Source of the DNA: Kiritimatiellia bacterium
GTDB taxonomy: Bacteria; Verrucomicrobiota; Kiritimatiellia; RFP12; JBMNHG01
DNA length: 64,000 nucleotides
Direction: 5' to 3'
Assembly (NCBI GenBank): GCA_050950285.1
Contig: JBMNHG010000008.1
Coordinates: 558,001-622,000, forward strand
The notes beneath the pieces were generated by a model. The model searched no databases, was not told the DNA's origin, and was given only the letters and a program-made list of their open reading frames with translations. This document shows positions 41,147 to 52,096 of this stretch, piece after piece. How positions within the stretch are numbered: the first letter of the stretch is position 1; each line of letters starts with the position of its first letter. The translations under genes and the position numbers were made by a program.

Positions 41147-42381
41147 GGCGTGTCGCCTCCGGGCGGGGGGACCGGGGCGGCGGCGGCCTTGTCCCGCAGG
41201 GTTTCGAGAATCGCGTCCGCGGCGCGTCCGGAGGCGTTGCCGTCGCCCAGGGCGTGCGCGACGGCATCGAACTCGGCCAGCATCGCGGCGCGCCGCGTTT
41301 CGTCGGCGAGAAGCGGACGGAGGGCGGCCGCCACGTTGGCGGGGTTGCAGTCGCCGTGCAGGAGTTCCGGCATGACCGCGCGGCCCGCCACGATGTTGAC
41401 GAGGCCGACGAAGGGGGTCGCGAGGATCCGGCGCGCCGCCCGCCCGACGAGCCAGTTCATGCCCATGCGATAGACGAGGATGGACGGGCACCGCATCAGG
41501 CAGGCCTCGAGCGTTGCGGTGCCGGAGGCGATGGCGGCGGCATGCGCCTGGCGCAGCGCCTGGCGCGCCTGGCCATCGACGATGCGCCAGGAGCGCGGCG
41601 CCTCCGGCGTACGGGCGACGATCGCTTCGGCCAGCGCCCGCATGGCGGGGGTGGATGCGGGGATCAGGAAGGTGCATCCGCCGGGGTCGCGGTCGAGTTC
41701 CGCGGCGGCGGCGAGCAGGATGGGCAGGATGCGTTCGATTTCGCCGCGGCGGCTTCCCGGGAGGAGCGCCACGCGGCGCGGGGCATCGCCCCACGGGAGG
41801 TCCGCCAGGGGCTCGGCGAAGGACTCGCGGGCGCGATCCACCAGCGGATGGCCCGCGAAGGTCACGGCGAGGCCGGTCTCGCGGAAGCAGGCGGGCTCGA
41901 AGGGGAAGAGGGTGATCAGGCGGTCGAGGGAGCGGGCGATTTTCGGGATGCGCCCGCGATGCCAGGCCCAGACTTGCGGGCAGATGTAGTGGACGGTGGT
42001 GAAGCCCTTCGCACGGGCGCGGGCGGCGACGCGGAGGTTGAAGCCGGGATAGTCGATGGTCAGCACGAGGTGGGGGCGCCAGCGGGCGATTTCGTCCCGG
42101 ACCGTCCGGAGCAGGCGCAGGAAGAAGCGGGCGCGGCCGAGCACGGCGAAGAGGCCGATGACGGCCATCTGGTCGGCATGGCCGAGGAGGGCGACGCCTT
42201 CCGCGCGCAGGGCCTCCCCGCCGGTGCCGCGGAATTCGACGGGGCCGTCCCAGCGTTCGCGGAGGGCGCGGACCAAGGCGGCGGCGTGCATGTCGCCGGA
42301 CGCTTCGCCCGCGAGGACCATGCAGCGCAGGGGCTCTCCAGGGCGGGGCGGGGGAGGGGCGATCGGGGGTTTTGCGGACAT
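41143..42381 (-). CDS. lpxB: lipid-A-disaccharide synthase
   Basis: AGEASGD, IDYPGFN, YICPQVWAW, GHPL, LLPGSR, ASGTATLE. Confidence 0.96.
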   Translation of the reverse strand: MSAKPPIAPPPPRPGEPLRCMVLAGEASGDMHAAALVRALRERWDGPVEFRGTGGEALRAEGVALLGHADQMAVIGLFAVLGRARFFLRLLRTVRDEIARWRPHLVLTIDYPGFNLRVAARARAKGFTTVHYICPQVWAWHRGRIPKIARSLDRLITLFPFEPACFRETGLAVTFAGHPLVDRARESFAEPLADLPWGDAPRRVALLPGSRRGEIERILPILLAAAAELDRDPGGCTFLIPASTPAMRALAEAIVARTPEAPRSWRIVDGQARQALRQAHAAAIASGTATLEACLMRCPSILVYRMGMNWLVGRAARRILATPFVGLVNIVAGRAVMPELLHGDCNPANVAAALRPLLADETRRAAMLAEFDAVAHALGDGNASGRAADAILETLRDKAAAAPVPPPGGDTP

Positions 42382-42427
42382 CGTGGACGGCGTAAGGCGG
42401 GGTGGACGCGACGGGTGCGGTCCGGCG

Positions 42428-43714
42428 TCAGGCGGGGGGGAGGGGCGGGAACCGTTTGTCGATCTCCTGGCGGGCGAGATCCACGGCGCGGCGGGCCTTG
42501 GCGAGGTTGCCGTGCAGGGAGTAGACGTCGCGCACGACGAACGAAGTGTTCACGTCGCGGCCGGCCACGGCGTCGAGGGTGCCGTTGATTTCGGCGGTCC
42601 AGGCGGCTTCGTCGAAGTCGCGGGACACGCCCAGGAGGTTGGGGTCCGGCTTGCGCGAGAAGAGAATCCGGCGGCCGTCGAGGTATTCCGCCATCTTGCG
42701 CTGGTCGGCCCAGCGGGAGATGGAGACGGCGGCCAGGTTGGGGAGTTTCGAGAGGGAGGTTTCCCAGAGGGGGTCGGCGGGTTCGCAGCAGCCCCAGTAG
42801 ACGAGGCCGAACATCGCCGCGAGGTCGCGGTAGTACGGGAAACAGAATTCGTGGAAGAGTTCGGGCGAGACGCCCACGGTCTCCTGGCTGTCCATGCCGG
42901 CCCACATGTCGGAGAGGCGGACGCGTCCGGGCTGGACGGGGGCGCGTGGCAGGCGCGTGGTGAAGTTCATGCAGGTGCCGCAGGTGCACTGGTTCCCGTT
43001 GTTGAGTTCGAGCAGGCCCTCGGACTCGGCCCAGCGCGCCGCCCGCGCCGCGTTGTCGCGCAGCAGGGCCATCAGCGCGTGCAACTGGCCGGGGGCGTCG
43101 TACATGGCCATGAAGAAGGTCTCCATGGACATGAGGCGGAGCAGGCGCTGGGTGAGGCAGCAGTTGCCGTACACGCCGGAGCGGAGCGTCACGGGGAGGA
43201 GGTCGCCGAGCAGTTCCTCGAGGAAGGCCTTTTCGGCGAGGGTGCCTTCGCGGTCCACGCCGAAGGTCGCGGGCTTCACGCGATCGAAGCCCTCGGAGAG
43301 GTCGGTGATGGGGCACTCCACGTGGTAGCCGAGTTCGAAGCCCTCGGCGTCTTTCACGCGGCTCGTGGGGATTTCGATGCCGAACTCGTCGCACCAGAAG
43401 TGCCAGCCGATGTCGAAGGTGTCGGGGCAGACGTGGTCGTCGCCGAGGATTTCGTGGTGTCGGATGTTGCGGAGGAGCGGCCCCTCGTAGCGGCGGCCGA
43501 GTTCGCTTTCGCACTGGAAGATCGCGGCGGGCATGAAGTCGCGGTCGAAGGTCCAGCTCTCGATGGCGAACGGCGGGCGGGCGCCGGGCACGCCGTCGTT
43601 CGCGTCGGTCCAGACCTTGCGGCGCGCCGCCTGGACGGGCAGCGCGGCGATTTCGGCCTGCCGGCGGGCCAGTTCGCGAATGCGGGCGCGGTCCTGGAGG
43701 GGGAGTGCATCCAT
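42428..43714 (-). CDS. uroporphyrinogen-decarboxylase/methyltransferase-like fold hypothetical protein
   Basis: SQETVGVSPELFHEF, YWGCCEP, SISRWAD, SRKPDP; 3' part of ORF 42428..48415. Confidence 0.6.
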   Translation of the reverse strand: MDALPLQDRARIRELARRQAEIAALPVQAARRKVWTDANDGVPGARPPFAIESWTFDRDFMPAAIFQCESELGRRYEGPLLRNIRHHEILGDDHVCPDTFDIGWHFWCDEFGIEIPTSRVKDAEGFELGYHVECPITDLSEGFDRVKPATFGVDREGTLAEKAFLEELLGDLLPVTLRSGVYGNCCLTQRLLRLMSMETFFMAMYDAPGQLHALMALLRDNAARAARWAESEGLLELNNGNQCTCGTCMNFTTRLPRAPVQPGRVRLSDMWAGMDSQETVGVSPELFHEFCFPYYRDLAAMFGLVYWGCCEPADPLWETSLSKLPNLAAVSISRWADQRKMAEYLDGRRILFSRKPDPNLLGVSRDFDEAAWTAEINGTLDAVAGRDVNTSFVVRDVYSLHGNLAKARRAVDLARQEIDKRFPPLPPA

Positions 43715-43731
43715 GGTGTTTCTGCCGGGGG

Positions 43732-46620
43732 CTAGGGTGCTTCCTTCGCCTCGGGCGAGTCGGGATATCGGGCGCGGAGCTGGGAGAGGTATTGGGCGGC
43801 CTTCCCTTCTTCGCCGGCACGGGCCCAGGCGCGGGAGAGCATGAGCAGGGCGCGGGGCTTGAACTCCTCGTACCCGTAGAGGATGTCGACCTTGAGATAG
43901 GCCTTGGCGGCGTCGGTCCAGCGTTCGGCCTCGAAGTGGAGGTCGCCCTGGCCGAGGATGGCCTGCGCGGCTTCGGCGGATTCGTGATCGGTGGCGACCG
44001 CGGCGGCGTAGGCGTCCATGGCGTCGGCGGCGGCGCCGGAGGCGCGCAGGCTGTGTCCCTTGCCGAGGAGCGCGGCGGCATACCGTCCTCCCTCGGCCGG
44101 GTTTTCGAGGATCTTCGAATAGGCGGCGATGGCGTCGGCGTGCCGTCCTGCGGCGCGGAGGGATTCGGCGCGGAGGAAGAGGGCGCGTCCGGCGAAGGCT
44201 TCGTCGGCCACGCCTTCCAGCGCGGCCGCGGCCTCGTCGGGACGCCCGAGTTCCGCAAGGAGCTTCCCTTGGAGGTAGCGCGCCTCGCCGGCGAGCTCGC
44301 TGTCCGGGAAATCGCGGGAAAGGCGGCGGAAGGCCTCCAGCGCGGCCTCTTTTTCGTCGAGGTGCGTTCGGGCCCAGCCGAGCTTGTAGAGGAGCTTGTC
44401 GGCAAAGGGCAGGTCCGGGATGGCGAGGGCGGCCTCGTAGTCCTTGGCGGCGTCGGCATGGCGTCCGGCGTCGAAGGCGATTTCGCCCAGGCGGAAGCCG
44501 GCGTCCGCCTCGAGTTCCCCGCCCGGATGGCGTCCGACCAGGTCGCGGAAGCGGGCTTCGCCGGCTTCGGTCTCGCCGCGTTCGAGGGCGATCCACGCCC
44601 AGTCGTAGCGGGCCTGCGGTGCGAGCGGGTGGTCCGGATGCGCCTTCAGGAAGGCATCGTAGAGGGGATCGGCGGCGTCCCAGTCCTGCAGGCGGTAGAG
44701 GCAGGAGGCGTGGCGGAAGGCGGAGTCCGCGGCGCGGGGCGAGCCGGGGAAGCGCCGGGCGAAAGCGGCCTGCCGCCGGGCGGCCTCGTCGAACTTGCCG
44801 GCGTCTTCCAGCGAACAGGCGGCCCACCACAAGGCTTCTTCCGAGCGCCCGGGCACGTCGTCGTCCGCGACGGGCGCGAAGGCCGCCGCGGCTTCGTCGA
44901 AACGCTCCAGCGCCCGCAGCGCGAAGCCGGCGCCCAGCGCGGCGTCCCGGGCGGTTCCGTCGGCCTCGCCGGCCTGGCGATAGGCTTCCAGCGCCTCCTC
45001 GAAGCGTTCCAGCGCCATCAGGGCGTCCGCGGCGTAGAGGCGGGCGAAGGGGGCGAGGTCGCTCTGCGGGAACTCCGTGGCGGCGCGGTTCGCGAAGGCG
45101 AGCGCCTCGTCGAAGCGTCCCGCTTCCAGCGAACGCCGCGCAAGCTCGGCCAGGGCGCGGGGCGCGAAGTCGCTTTTCGGGGCGACGTCGAGGAGGCGGC
45201 GGTAGGCGGCTTCCGCGGCGTCGCGCTCCCCTGCGGCGTCCGAAGCGGCGGCCGTACGGAAGATGGCTTCGGCGGCGAGCGGGCTGTCGGGATGGAGTTC
45301 CGCCAGTTTCGCGAACGCGTCGCGCACGGCGGCGGGGTCGGACGGCTCGCGGCGGAGTTCGCAGGTCCCGAGGCTGTACAGCAGGTCGGCGGGAGGCTTC
45401 TCCTCCGGCGGAAGCGCGGCGAGGTGGGCGCGGAAGGCGTCGGCGGCCTCGGCGGGGCGATCCAGTTCCAGGAGGCTGTAGGCGAGGATCTGCCGGATTT
45501 GCGGTGCGCGGGAGTCGTCCGGGAAGTCCTTCAGGAAGGCGGCGGCGCTTTCGGCGGCTCCGGCGTGGTCGTTCTCGTTCCAGCGGGCGAAGACCGGGTC
45601 GCCGGCCGAACGGGCGCGGAAGAGGTCGCGCCAGCGTTCGGCCTCGGCGCGGGTCCCGGCATCGGCCGCTTCCGTCTTCGCCACGGTGTCGAAGGCGTCG
45701 GCGGCCTTGACGGGCTCCCCTGCCGCGGCGAAGGCGTGGCCGGCGTTCATGCGGCAGACCACCGTGCGCGCATCGTCCGGGTCCAGCTGCGCGGCTGCGG
45801 CGAGGAAGGTTTCGGCCGCCTCGGCCGAACGCCCGAGGGCGTGGAGCGAGAAGGCCCGGCCGATGCGGGCCTCGCCGCCCAGCGGGGGCGGGGCATCGAG
45901 CAGGCCGGCGTAGGCTTCGGCCGCGGCTTCGTGGCGTTCCAGTTCGCGGAGGCCGTCCGCGGTCCGGAGGCGGCAGCGGGGCGTCTGCGGGTCGTCGGGG
46001 AAGCGTGCGGCGAAATCCTGGTAGGCCTCGACGGCCGCGGCGGTGTCGCCGGTCTTCGAGAGCGCCTCGGCGCGCAGGAAGCGGAGGTGCGAAGCGTACT
46101 GCCCCTCCGGTTCGGCGGCGAGGAGCTCGTCGGCGGCCTTTGCGCACTCCGCCCATTGTTCGGACTGGAAGAGCGAATCGGCCCAGCCGATGCGGGCGGC
46201 CGCCGCGAGGGGGCTCTCGGGCGCTTCGCGGAAAACGGCCGCGTAGTGCCCGGCCGCTTCTCGGGGAGCCTCTTTCGAGGAAAGACGGGCCAGCCAATAG
46301 TGGGCCTCGGGAACGCGCGGGGAATCGGCCCGCTCGCGAAGCAGGCGCTCGAAGATGGGTCCGGCCTCCGCAGGACGATCGGCCTGGGCGAGCGATTCGC
46401 CCCAGCGGTACAGGGCGGTGTCCAGCTCGGCGAAATCCGGATGATCCCGCACGAGCTTCTGGAACTCGTCCGCCGCGAGAGACGGCTCGCCGCGAATCAG
46501 GAGCCCCGTCGCGAAGTTGAATTGCTCCACGGCATCGGTCGCCGCCGCCAGCGGAAGCGCGGCAAGCAGCATGCCGCCAAAGAGCCAGGAACGCATGCGG
46601 GAAGGAAAGGGAAAGGACAT
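43732..46620 (-). CDS. secreted tetratricopeptide-repeat protein
   Basis: Signal peptide; many TPRs ending in 'P.SP.A.EA.Y' motifs. Confidence 0.88.
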   Translation of the reverse strand: MSFPFPSRMRSWLFGGMLLAALPLAAATDAVEQFNFATGLLIRGEPSLAADEFQKLVRDHPDFAELDTALYRWGESLAQADRPAEAGPIFERLLRERADSPRVPEAHYWLARLSSKEAPREAAGHYAAVFREAPESPLAAAARIGWADSLFQSEQWAECAKAADELLAAEPEGQYASHLRFLRAEALSKTGDTAAAVEAYQDFAARFPDDPQTPRCRLRTADGLRELERHEAAAEAYAGLLDAPPPLGGEARIGRAFSLHALGRSAEAAETFLAAAAQLDPDDARTVVCRMNAGHAFAAAGEPVKAADAFDTVAKTEAADAGTRAEAERWRDLFRARSAGDPVFARWNENDHAGAAESAAAFLKDFPDDSRAPQIRQILAYSLLELDRPAEAADAFRAHLAALPPEEKPPADLLYSLGTCELRREPSDPAAVRDAFAKLAELHPDSPLAAEAIFRTAAASDAAGERDAAEAAYRRLLDVAPKSDFAPRALAELARRSLEAGRFDEALAFANRAATEFPQSDLAPFARLYAADALMALERFEEALEAYRQAGEADGTARDAALGAGFALRALERFDEAAAAFAPVADDDVPGRSEEALWWAACSLEDAGKFDEAARRQAAFARRFPGSPRAADSAFRHASCLYRLQDWDAADPLYDAFLKAHPDHPLAPQARYDWAWIALERGETEAGEARFRDLVGRHPGGELEADAGFRLGEIAFDAGRHADAAKDYEAALAIPDLPFADKLLYKLGWARTHLDEKEAALEAFRRLSRDFPDSELAGEARYLQGKLLAELGRPDEAAAALEGVADEAFAGRALFLRAESLRAAGRHADAIAAYSKILENPAEGGRYAAALLGKGHSLRASGAAADAMDAYAAAVATDHESAEAAQAILGQGDLHFEAERWTDAAKAYLKVDILYGYEEFKPRALLMLSRAWARAGEEGKAAQYLSQLRARYPDSPEAKEAP

Positions 46621-46837
46621 GGGTTGTCTCCGTCGAAAGATAGCGGAAGTATGCCATAGTCCCACGCGCCTTTGCGAGACGAAAGGGCGCCGGGAACGAC
46701 GCTCCCATCCGTTTCGCGGCAGGGACGGCACAGCCGCCCGGCGCCTGCCTTTCCGTTTGCAGGCTCCAGCGTCTTGGAATATGATGAAGCCAATGGACGT
46801 TCAGATGTCGTGAAACGTTGATGAGGAGGTCTTGACC

Positions 46838-47854
46838 ATGAACCGGAAAAATGTCGTGGGTGCGCTGGTGCTTCTCGCCCTCTCCGCTGCGGCGAACGTC
46901 CGCGCGGAAACCCTCTCGGGCTCCGCGAATCCCGTCCGCTACGAGAATCCCTTCCAGGGGAACTACGCCGCCGAGGTGGACCCGAGGGTTCACTTCCGCT
47001 TCCCCACATGGCTGAACAATGCGGTCTCCTACCATTCCGGTTCCAGCGATTCCATCGTCACGGAGAACGGCGATTTGGAGACGAACGACGCCTGGATTTC
47101 CCTTTCCACCGCCGACGGCTCGCGTTTCAAGGCAGGCACCCTCCTCCACTCCAATGTCTCCAATGCCGGATACGACCGAAGCCTTGCCTACGAAATCTTC
47201 GTCGGGAACTTGTTCGTGGGCTCCTTCGAGATGGACATCGGTTCGCCCCGCGCCTATTTCCTGGACGAACTGGAGTATGCAACGACAACCACGAACCTCT
47301 TCGTCCAGTTCACGTCCATGCCCGCATGGCAGTCCGAAACCTTCCGGCAAGGCACCCTCACGCTGGTCCACCCCATCCCGGACCGCCTGCGGAAACTGGA
47401 CATGACCGTGGCAAGCTCTTCGTTCGATGCCGCAACCGACTGGTACGATGGCCTTCCAAGCCACATGCTGAACCTGTTCCCGGATAAAACCTGGCAGGAT
47501 GACGGACGAGAGCCCGCAGGCGAGTACTGGACCGTCCTGGACATCGCGGACGGCCCCAAAACCATCGATGCCATGCTCGTACAGAACCGCAACATGGCAT
47601 ATCAGTCCGAGGATATCGAAATCTTCGCGCCGGACGGGAACGGCGGCTGGACATCGATCGTCAAGATCGACGACCTCGGCGACAGCCGGTACACCATCTT
47701 CCGGCTGACGTCTCCCGTCACCGTCTCGCAACTTCGCATCGAAATCCCCGACACGGATCCCCTGGATGCCTACGGACGGCGATACGTCGCCACGTTCATG
47801 GTCTTCGAGGTCCTGCCCGACAAGACCCGCGGAACGCAGCTGATGCTCTTCTGA
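46838..47854 (+). CDS. secreted hypothetical protein (possible discoidin-like C-terminal domain), C-terminal GTQLMLF tail
   Basis: GAGGAGG RBS; signal peptide ending AANVRA; 'PVTVSQLRIEI'. Confidence 0.7.
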   Translation: MNRKNVVGALVLLALSAAANVRAETLSGSANPVRYENPFQGNYAAEVDPRVHFRFPTWLNNAVSYHSGSSDSIVTENGDLETNDAWISLSTADGSRFKAGTLLHSNVSNAGYDRSLAYEIFVGNLFVGSFEMDIGSPRAYFLDELEYATTTTNLFVQFTSMPAWQSETFRQGTLTLVHPIPDRLRKLDMTVASSSFDAATDWYDGLPSHMLNLFPDKTWQDDGREPAGEYWTVLDIADGPKTIDAMLVQNRNMAYQSEDIEIFAPDGNGGWTSIVKIDDLGDSRYTIFRLTSPVTVSQLRIEIPDTDPLDAYGRRYVATFMVFEVLPDKTRGTQLMLF

Positions 47855-47952
47855 CGGCCGCCGGAAGCCGTCGTCGGCACGCTTCGCCATGTTTTCGCGG
47901 GCGTCGCGCGGGGCTGCACGCGCAGGTCTCCCATGGCGACGGGGATTGCGGT

Positions 47953-50900
47953 TTATGGGACGATGGCGATCTGCAGATGTTCCACGGGGGAGCGGAGGGT
48001 CTGCTTGCGCTCGCCCCAATCGTCGTCGGCGACGAGGAAGGAGACGTCGGGTTTCCCCGAGGCGGGGACGCGGAATTCGTAGCGGGTTTTCTCGCGATGG
48101 CGCGCGATGCGAATCGGAGAAACGGGCTTGTCGTCCAGGACCATCCATGCGGCATCGCCGGGGGAGGCGCCGTCGATGGCGGGCCCGGAATCGGCGCCGG
48201 TCGGACGGTGCGTGTCGTCGGTCACCTCGAGAATCGCGATCAGCTCGCGGTTGTCGGTCCTGAACCACGCTCCGGCGGAAAGGTCGGATGGTCCGCTCCA
48301 CCAGCGCGTGGCGTCCGGCTGCCCGACGAAGCGGTTTTCCACATCGTCCGCGAAGACCAGATCGGGCGTGGTCCCTTCCCAGGCGATGGATGCGTCCGCG
48401 ACGGGGCGACGCCACGAGAGGACGGCATGTTCGGAGGCGAGCACCCTTCCGTCGGGGTCAAGGAGGCGGACGAGAAGGGTCGATCCGGGGTTGTCGCCAC
48501 GGTCGTATCGAGCGAGTTCGGCGGGGCCGCCACTCAGCAGTTTCCAGCCTTGCGACCCACTCCGCACCCGTACCGCGACGATGTTGAGTCCGTGCCGGAG
48601 CGTCACGGGGAAGACATGGTCTGCAAGGGTGAAGCGGCCGCCTTGGTTCCCGTTTTCAAGCGTGTCGTAGACGCGGATGCCGTTGACGAACCATTCCATC
48701 CACCAGTCTGCCGCGGCGCCGACGTTCACGGCGAGGTCTTCCGCGGCGGTGATGGCGGCGACGAGCAGAACCGGCGCGTGCTCGCGCACGCCGCCGCCCG
48801 CTTCCGCGAGGTCGAGAAGCCCTTCGGCGTTGGCTTCCATTTCGATGCCGCGTACGCCTTCCACGATTTCGGGCACATGGTCCAGCGTCGTGGGATCGGC
48901 GTTTTCCGGGAGATTGAAGAAGGCGCGCCAGCGTCGTGGCCAGCGGATGTCCGGCGCATGCGCCTTCGTCCGGACCGTGGCGTCGAGGCGCGCGCTTCCG
49001 CCTGCGGGGACGGTGAACGGCGCAGGGGCATCGACGGAGGCGATGCCGCTTTCGGTTCCGGGGACGAAATCGAGACGGAGCTCCATGGACTTGTCCGAGG
49101 GGTTTTCGACGGTGATGGGGAAGGTGTCCGTCGCATCCGAGGCAAGGCACAACGGGAGGGGCAGGTGCAGCGGCGTCGGGGCGAACGACGGGGGTGCGGC
49201 ATCGGCAGGCGCATTCCAGCGGACGAAGACCGGATCGGGGGAAAGCGGCACGGCGACAGTGCCGGGGGAGAGGAAGCCGAGGGGCGCGATATTGCCGAAG
49301 AGATCGCAACGCGTTGGATGGGATGCGCCTTCGCCCAGATGCAGCGGCCGAAGGGTGGTCTCGTTGTCGGACCATGCAACGACGATGTGGCGGCGCGCGT
49401 CGGCATCGGCGAACCAGTGCGCTTCCGCGCCGGCGGGGAGTGCGTTGGAGAGCGAGGCGCGATGGGTCGCATGGCGAAGGTTCCGGACGGTCGTGCGGTA
49501 GGCAAGAATGACGGGGCGTGGCTCCTCGAGAGAGCCGTTGAGGGAGCTGTAGTTGGCATCGCCTCCGCCGATGAGAAGGCGGAACCAGTGGAACAGCTTC
49601 AGTCCGGCGGACTGGGCATACACGAGCTTCTGGACGGCAGTACGCGCCTGGATGCGCTGCTGCATGGGCGTGAAGGCGGCAAATCCCGATTCTGTCCCGG
49701 CGCAGGGCCGCTCCGGGCGATCGGCGGCGCGGGCCGCCTCGAGAAGCCTGTTGTGCGCGGCGCGTTCGGCGGCGGCGCCGGGCCCGTGCCCGTGGTATGC
49801 CCAGACATCGAGAAGGTCGAGCGGAAGGATTTCGACGAGCCGCCGGGCGCGGCGCGCGCCTTCTTCCCCGGCAAAGCACAAGCCGCCGTTCATGACGATG
49901 GCGGACGGCGTTGCCTCCTTGATGGCGCGGGCGATGGTTGCGAAACCATCGGCGTATGCCTCGGGGGGGCCGGGGTAGAAGAACGTGAGATCCGGCTCGT
50001 TGCCCAGTTCCCAGAAGGCGCGCCCGTCGGGATCGTAGCGGCGCGCCTGGGCGGCGGCGAGGGCTGCGCGGCGGAGGTTTTCGGCATGGCGCGCGTCGGG
50101 GTCGTCATGCCAGGCGATATCCATGAAAAAATAGGGGCGGAAGCCGTAGCGTCCATGCAGGGCGGTTGCGCGGGCCATTGCGTCCTCGTCGTCCTGGTCG
50201 CACCCGAAACCCCTGAGGATGTCGGCGCCCATGAAATCGGCCCACTTCCAGAAGCGCTCGTCGGAGAATCCGTTGCAGGGGTCGACGCCGTAGAAGAATT
50301 CGCCGTCGCGCGCGCGCGGGAGGGGGTCGCGGTCGCTGGCCATGAGCATCACGGCGCGCGAAAGGATCGGGGCGGCATCGCCGTCGGTATCAGGGCGCAC
50401 TTCGATGGCGAGCCGGTAGACGCCCTGGGGAAGGCGCGTGGCGTCGAAGGCGATGGCGATTTCGTCGTCGGCACCGGCGGCGAGAGTGCGGCGGATCTCG
50501 AAGGTTTCGACGGGGTTGTCCAGGTCGTCGGAAAGAACACCCGAACAACGCGCGGGGAAATCGACGCGGGCGAGATTCCGGAAGGCCAGGCGGATGGGAT
50601 GGGAAACGCCTGTTTCAAAGACGAACATGTCGCGGTCGGCGCGCAGGCCGTCGAAGCGGATCAGGCGATGGAAGTCCGGATCGGAGTCCAGGGGATATCC
50701 GCGCACCCATGCGGCGCGAATCTGCGCAGGGCCGGAACAGGCTCCATAGCGCAGGTCGACCCCGTTGGCGGGCAGTTCCTTCGGGTCGATGTCCGATGGC
50801 GAGCGGGCGAAGCGCGCGGTGTCGGTCCAGGCGTAGAAGAGGTCCCACTCCGGGAAGTTCCCCCACCCCGATCCGATGCGGACGGAGCCTTCGGCGGTGT

Positions 50901-52020
50901 CGGCGGAGAGCCAGATCGGGGCGTTAGGCTCGTGGCGTTTGTAGATCCGGATGTCGGCGACAGGGCGGCCCCCATGCTGGAAGCGTTTGGACGTGACATC
51001 CAGCAGCACGCTGTTCCACCAGGGGTCCGATCCGAAATGTGCGCCGTTGGCCTCCCAGTAGTGGACCGTTGCGCCGTTGGAGGACATTTCCTTGGGCTGG
51101 ATCGCCTCGCGCCGGAAATCGAGGCCATGCAGGACGGGATCGCGGTTGAAGAGGACGAAGGCGTCCTCCTCGGTGGCGACGGCGACAAGGGTTTCGTCGG
51201 CGGGCCCCTCGCGCTCCGCGGCCTCGAAGGCAAGCCGGACGCGGTAAGGGTCGGCGGGGAGGCCGTGCAGGGGCAGCGTAACGGGGATGCCGGAATCGGC
51301 GGAGGCCGGGAGAGAGGCCTCGACGGCGCCCGATCCTCGCTCTTTGCCCATGAGGGTGAGAAGCGTCCAGCGGAGGTTTCCCTGGACCTCGACGGGATTG
51401 GCGTTGCGCAGGGTCGCAACGAGCGCAAGCGACGCCTCCGGCCCCGGTTCGGCGACGAGCCCGGACGGCCCCCCGTCTACGGACGCAACGGAAACCGACT
51501 TCGCCCAGTTGGCGGGATTCGCGGGCGAAGCGTCGCTCACGACCACGCTATGGACGGCGAAATCGGCGGCCCATGCCTTCACGAAGAGGTCCGGATTCTC
51601 CCCGCCTTCGCCGAAGCGCGGCGATTCGATGCGCGCGTGGAGGGGTTTCCAGTCGCGCGAATTGCCCCAGGAGGAGGCGACCTTTTCGAAGCCGTCCGCA
51701 GTGTTGGCCCAGAGTTCGACCGCCGTATTGCCGGGATGGTGGAAAAGCACGTCGACTTCTACCGCAGGGGCGTCCCCGCCGCGAAGCGCAGGATCGGTTA
51801 CGTCGAGGAAAAAGCCACGCAGCCAGGGGTCTCCCGGGACGGAGTCGTGCGCGGAAATCCAGGCGTCGCGCCCATCCACGGAACCGGCGGGGCCGCATGT
51901 GCGCCGCGCCAGCTCCATGCCGTGGAACTCCGGTTCGGCACGAAAGACGACCGATGCGGCCGGAAGGGATGCGGCGATCGGGAGGAGCGCAAGCAGGATG
52001 GAGCGGAAGGGGCGTGTCAT
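47953..52020 (-). CDS. large secreted clan GH-A (GH39-like) glycoside hydrolase
   Basis: Signal peptide; WELGNEPD acid/base, AYHGH, GTESG nucleophile region; additional beta-sandwich domains. Confidence 0.65.
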   Translation of the reverse strand: MTRPFRSILLALLPIAASLPAASVVFRAEPEFHGMELARRTCGPAGSVDGRDAWISAHDSVPGDPWLRGFFLDVTDPALRGGDAPAVEVDVLFHHPGNTAVELWANTADGFEKVASSWGNSRDWKPLHARIESPRFGEGGENPDLFVKAWAADFAVHSVVVSDASPANPANWAKSVSVASVDGGPSGLVAEPGPEASLALVATLRNANPVEVQGNLRWTLLTLMGKERGSGAVEASLPASADSGIPVTLPLHGLPADPYRVRLAFEAAEREGPADETLVAVATEEDAFVLFNRDPVLHGLDFRREAIQPKEMSSNGATVHYWEANGAHFGSDPWWNSVLLDVTSKRFQHGGRPVADIRIYKRHEPNAPIWLSADTAEGSVRIGSGWGNFPEWDLFYAWTDTARFARSPSDIDPKELPANGVDLRYGACSGPAQIRAAWVRGYPLDSDPDFHRLIRFDGLRADRDMFVFETGVSHPIRLAFRNLARVDFPARCSGVLSDDLDNPVETFEIRRTLAAGADDEIAIAFDATRLPQGVYRLAIEVRPDTDGDAAPILSRAVMLMASDRDPLPRARDGEFFYGVDPCNGFSDERFWKWADFMGADILRGFGCDQDDEDAMARATALHGRYGFRPYFFMDIAWHDDPDARHAENLRRAALAAAQARRYDPDGRAFWELGNEPDLTFFYPGPPEAYADGFATIARAIKEATPSAIVMNGGLCFAGEEGARRARRLVEILPLDLLDVWAYHGHGPGAAAERAAHNRLLEAARAADRPERPCAGTESGFAAFTPMQQRIQARTAVQKLVYAQSAGLKLFHWFRLLIGGGDANYSSLNGSLEEPRPVILAYRTTVRNLRHATHRASLSNALPAGAEAHWFADADARRHIVVAWSDNETTLRPLHLGEGASHPTRCDLFGNIAPLGFLSPGTVAVPLSPDPVFVRWNAPADAAPPSFAPTPLHLPLPLCLASDATDTFPITVENPSDKSMELRLDFVPGTESGIASVDAPAPFTVPAGGSARLDATVRTKAHAPDIRWPRRWRAFFNLPENADPTTLDHVPEIVEGVRGIEMEANAEGLLDLAEAGGGVREHAPVLLVAAITAAEDLAVNVGAAADWWMEWFVNGIRVYDTLENGNQGGRFTLADHVFPVTLRHGLNIVAVRVRSGSQGWKLLSGGPAELARYDRGDNPGSTLLVRLLDPDGRVLASEHAVLSWRRPVADASIAWEGTTPDLVFADDVENRFVGQPDATRWWSGPSDLSAGAWFRTDNRELIAILEVTDDTHRPTGADSGPAIDGASPGDAAWMVLDDKPVSPIRIARHREKTRYEFRVPASGKPDVSFLVADDDWGERKQTLRSPVEHLQIAIVP

Positions 52021-52096
52021 GCGCAGGGGCGTCAAGGGGAACGGCCGCCGGGACGGCCAGGAGCATTCCGGTGCGGAGCCGGCCGTGGCGGCGCGT

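Noticed and set aside
43715..48415. 1995-aa ORF 42428..48415 and similar very long alternative-frame or antisense ORFs (2344..6591, 35486..39043, 47977..52110)
   Set aside because: Stop-poor shadow frames expected at this GC content, overlapping better-supported genes
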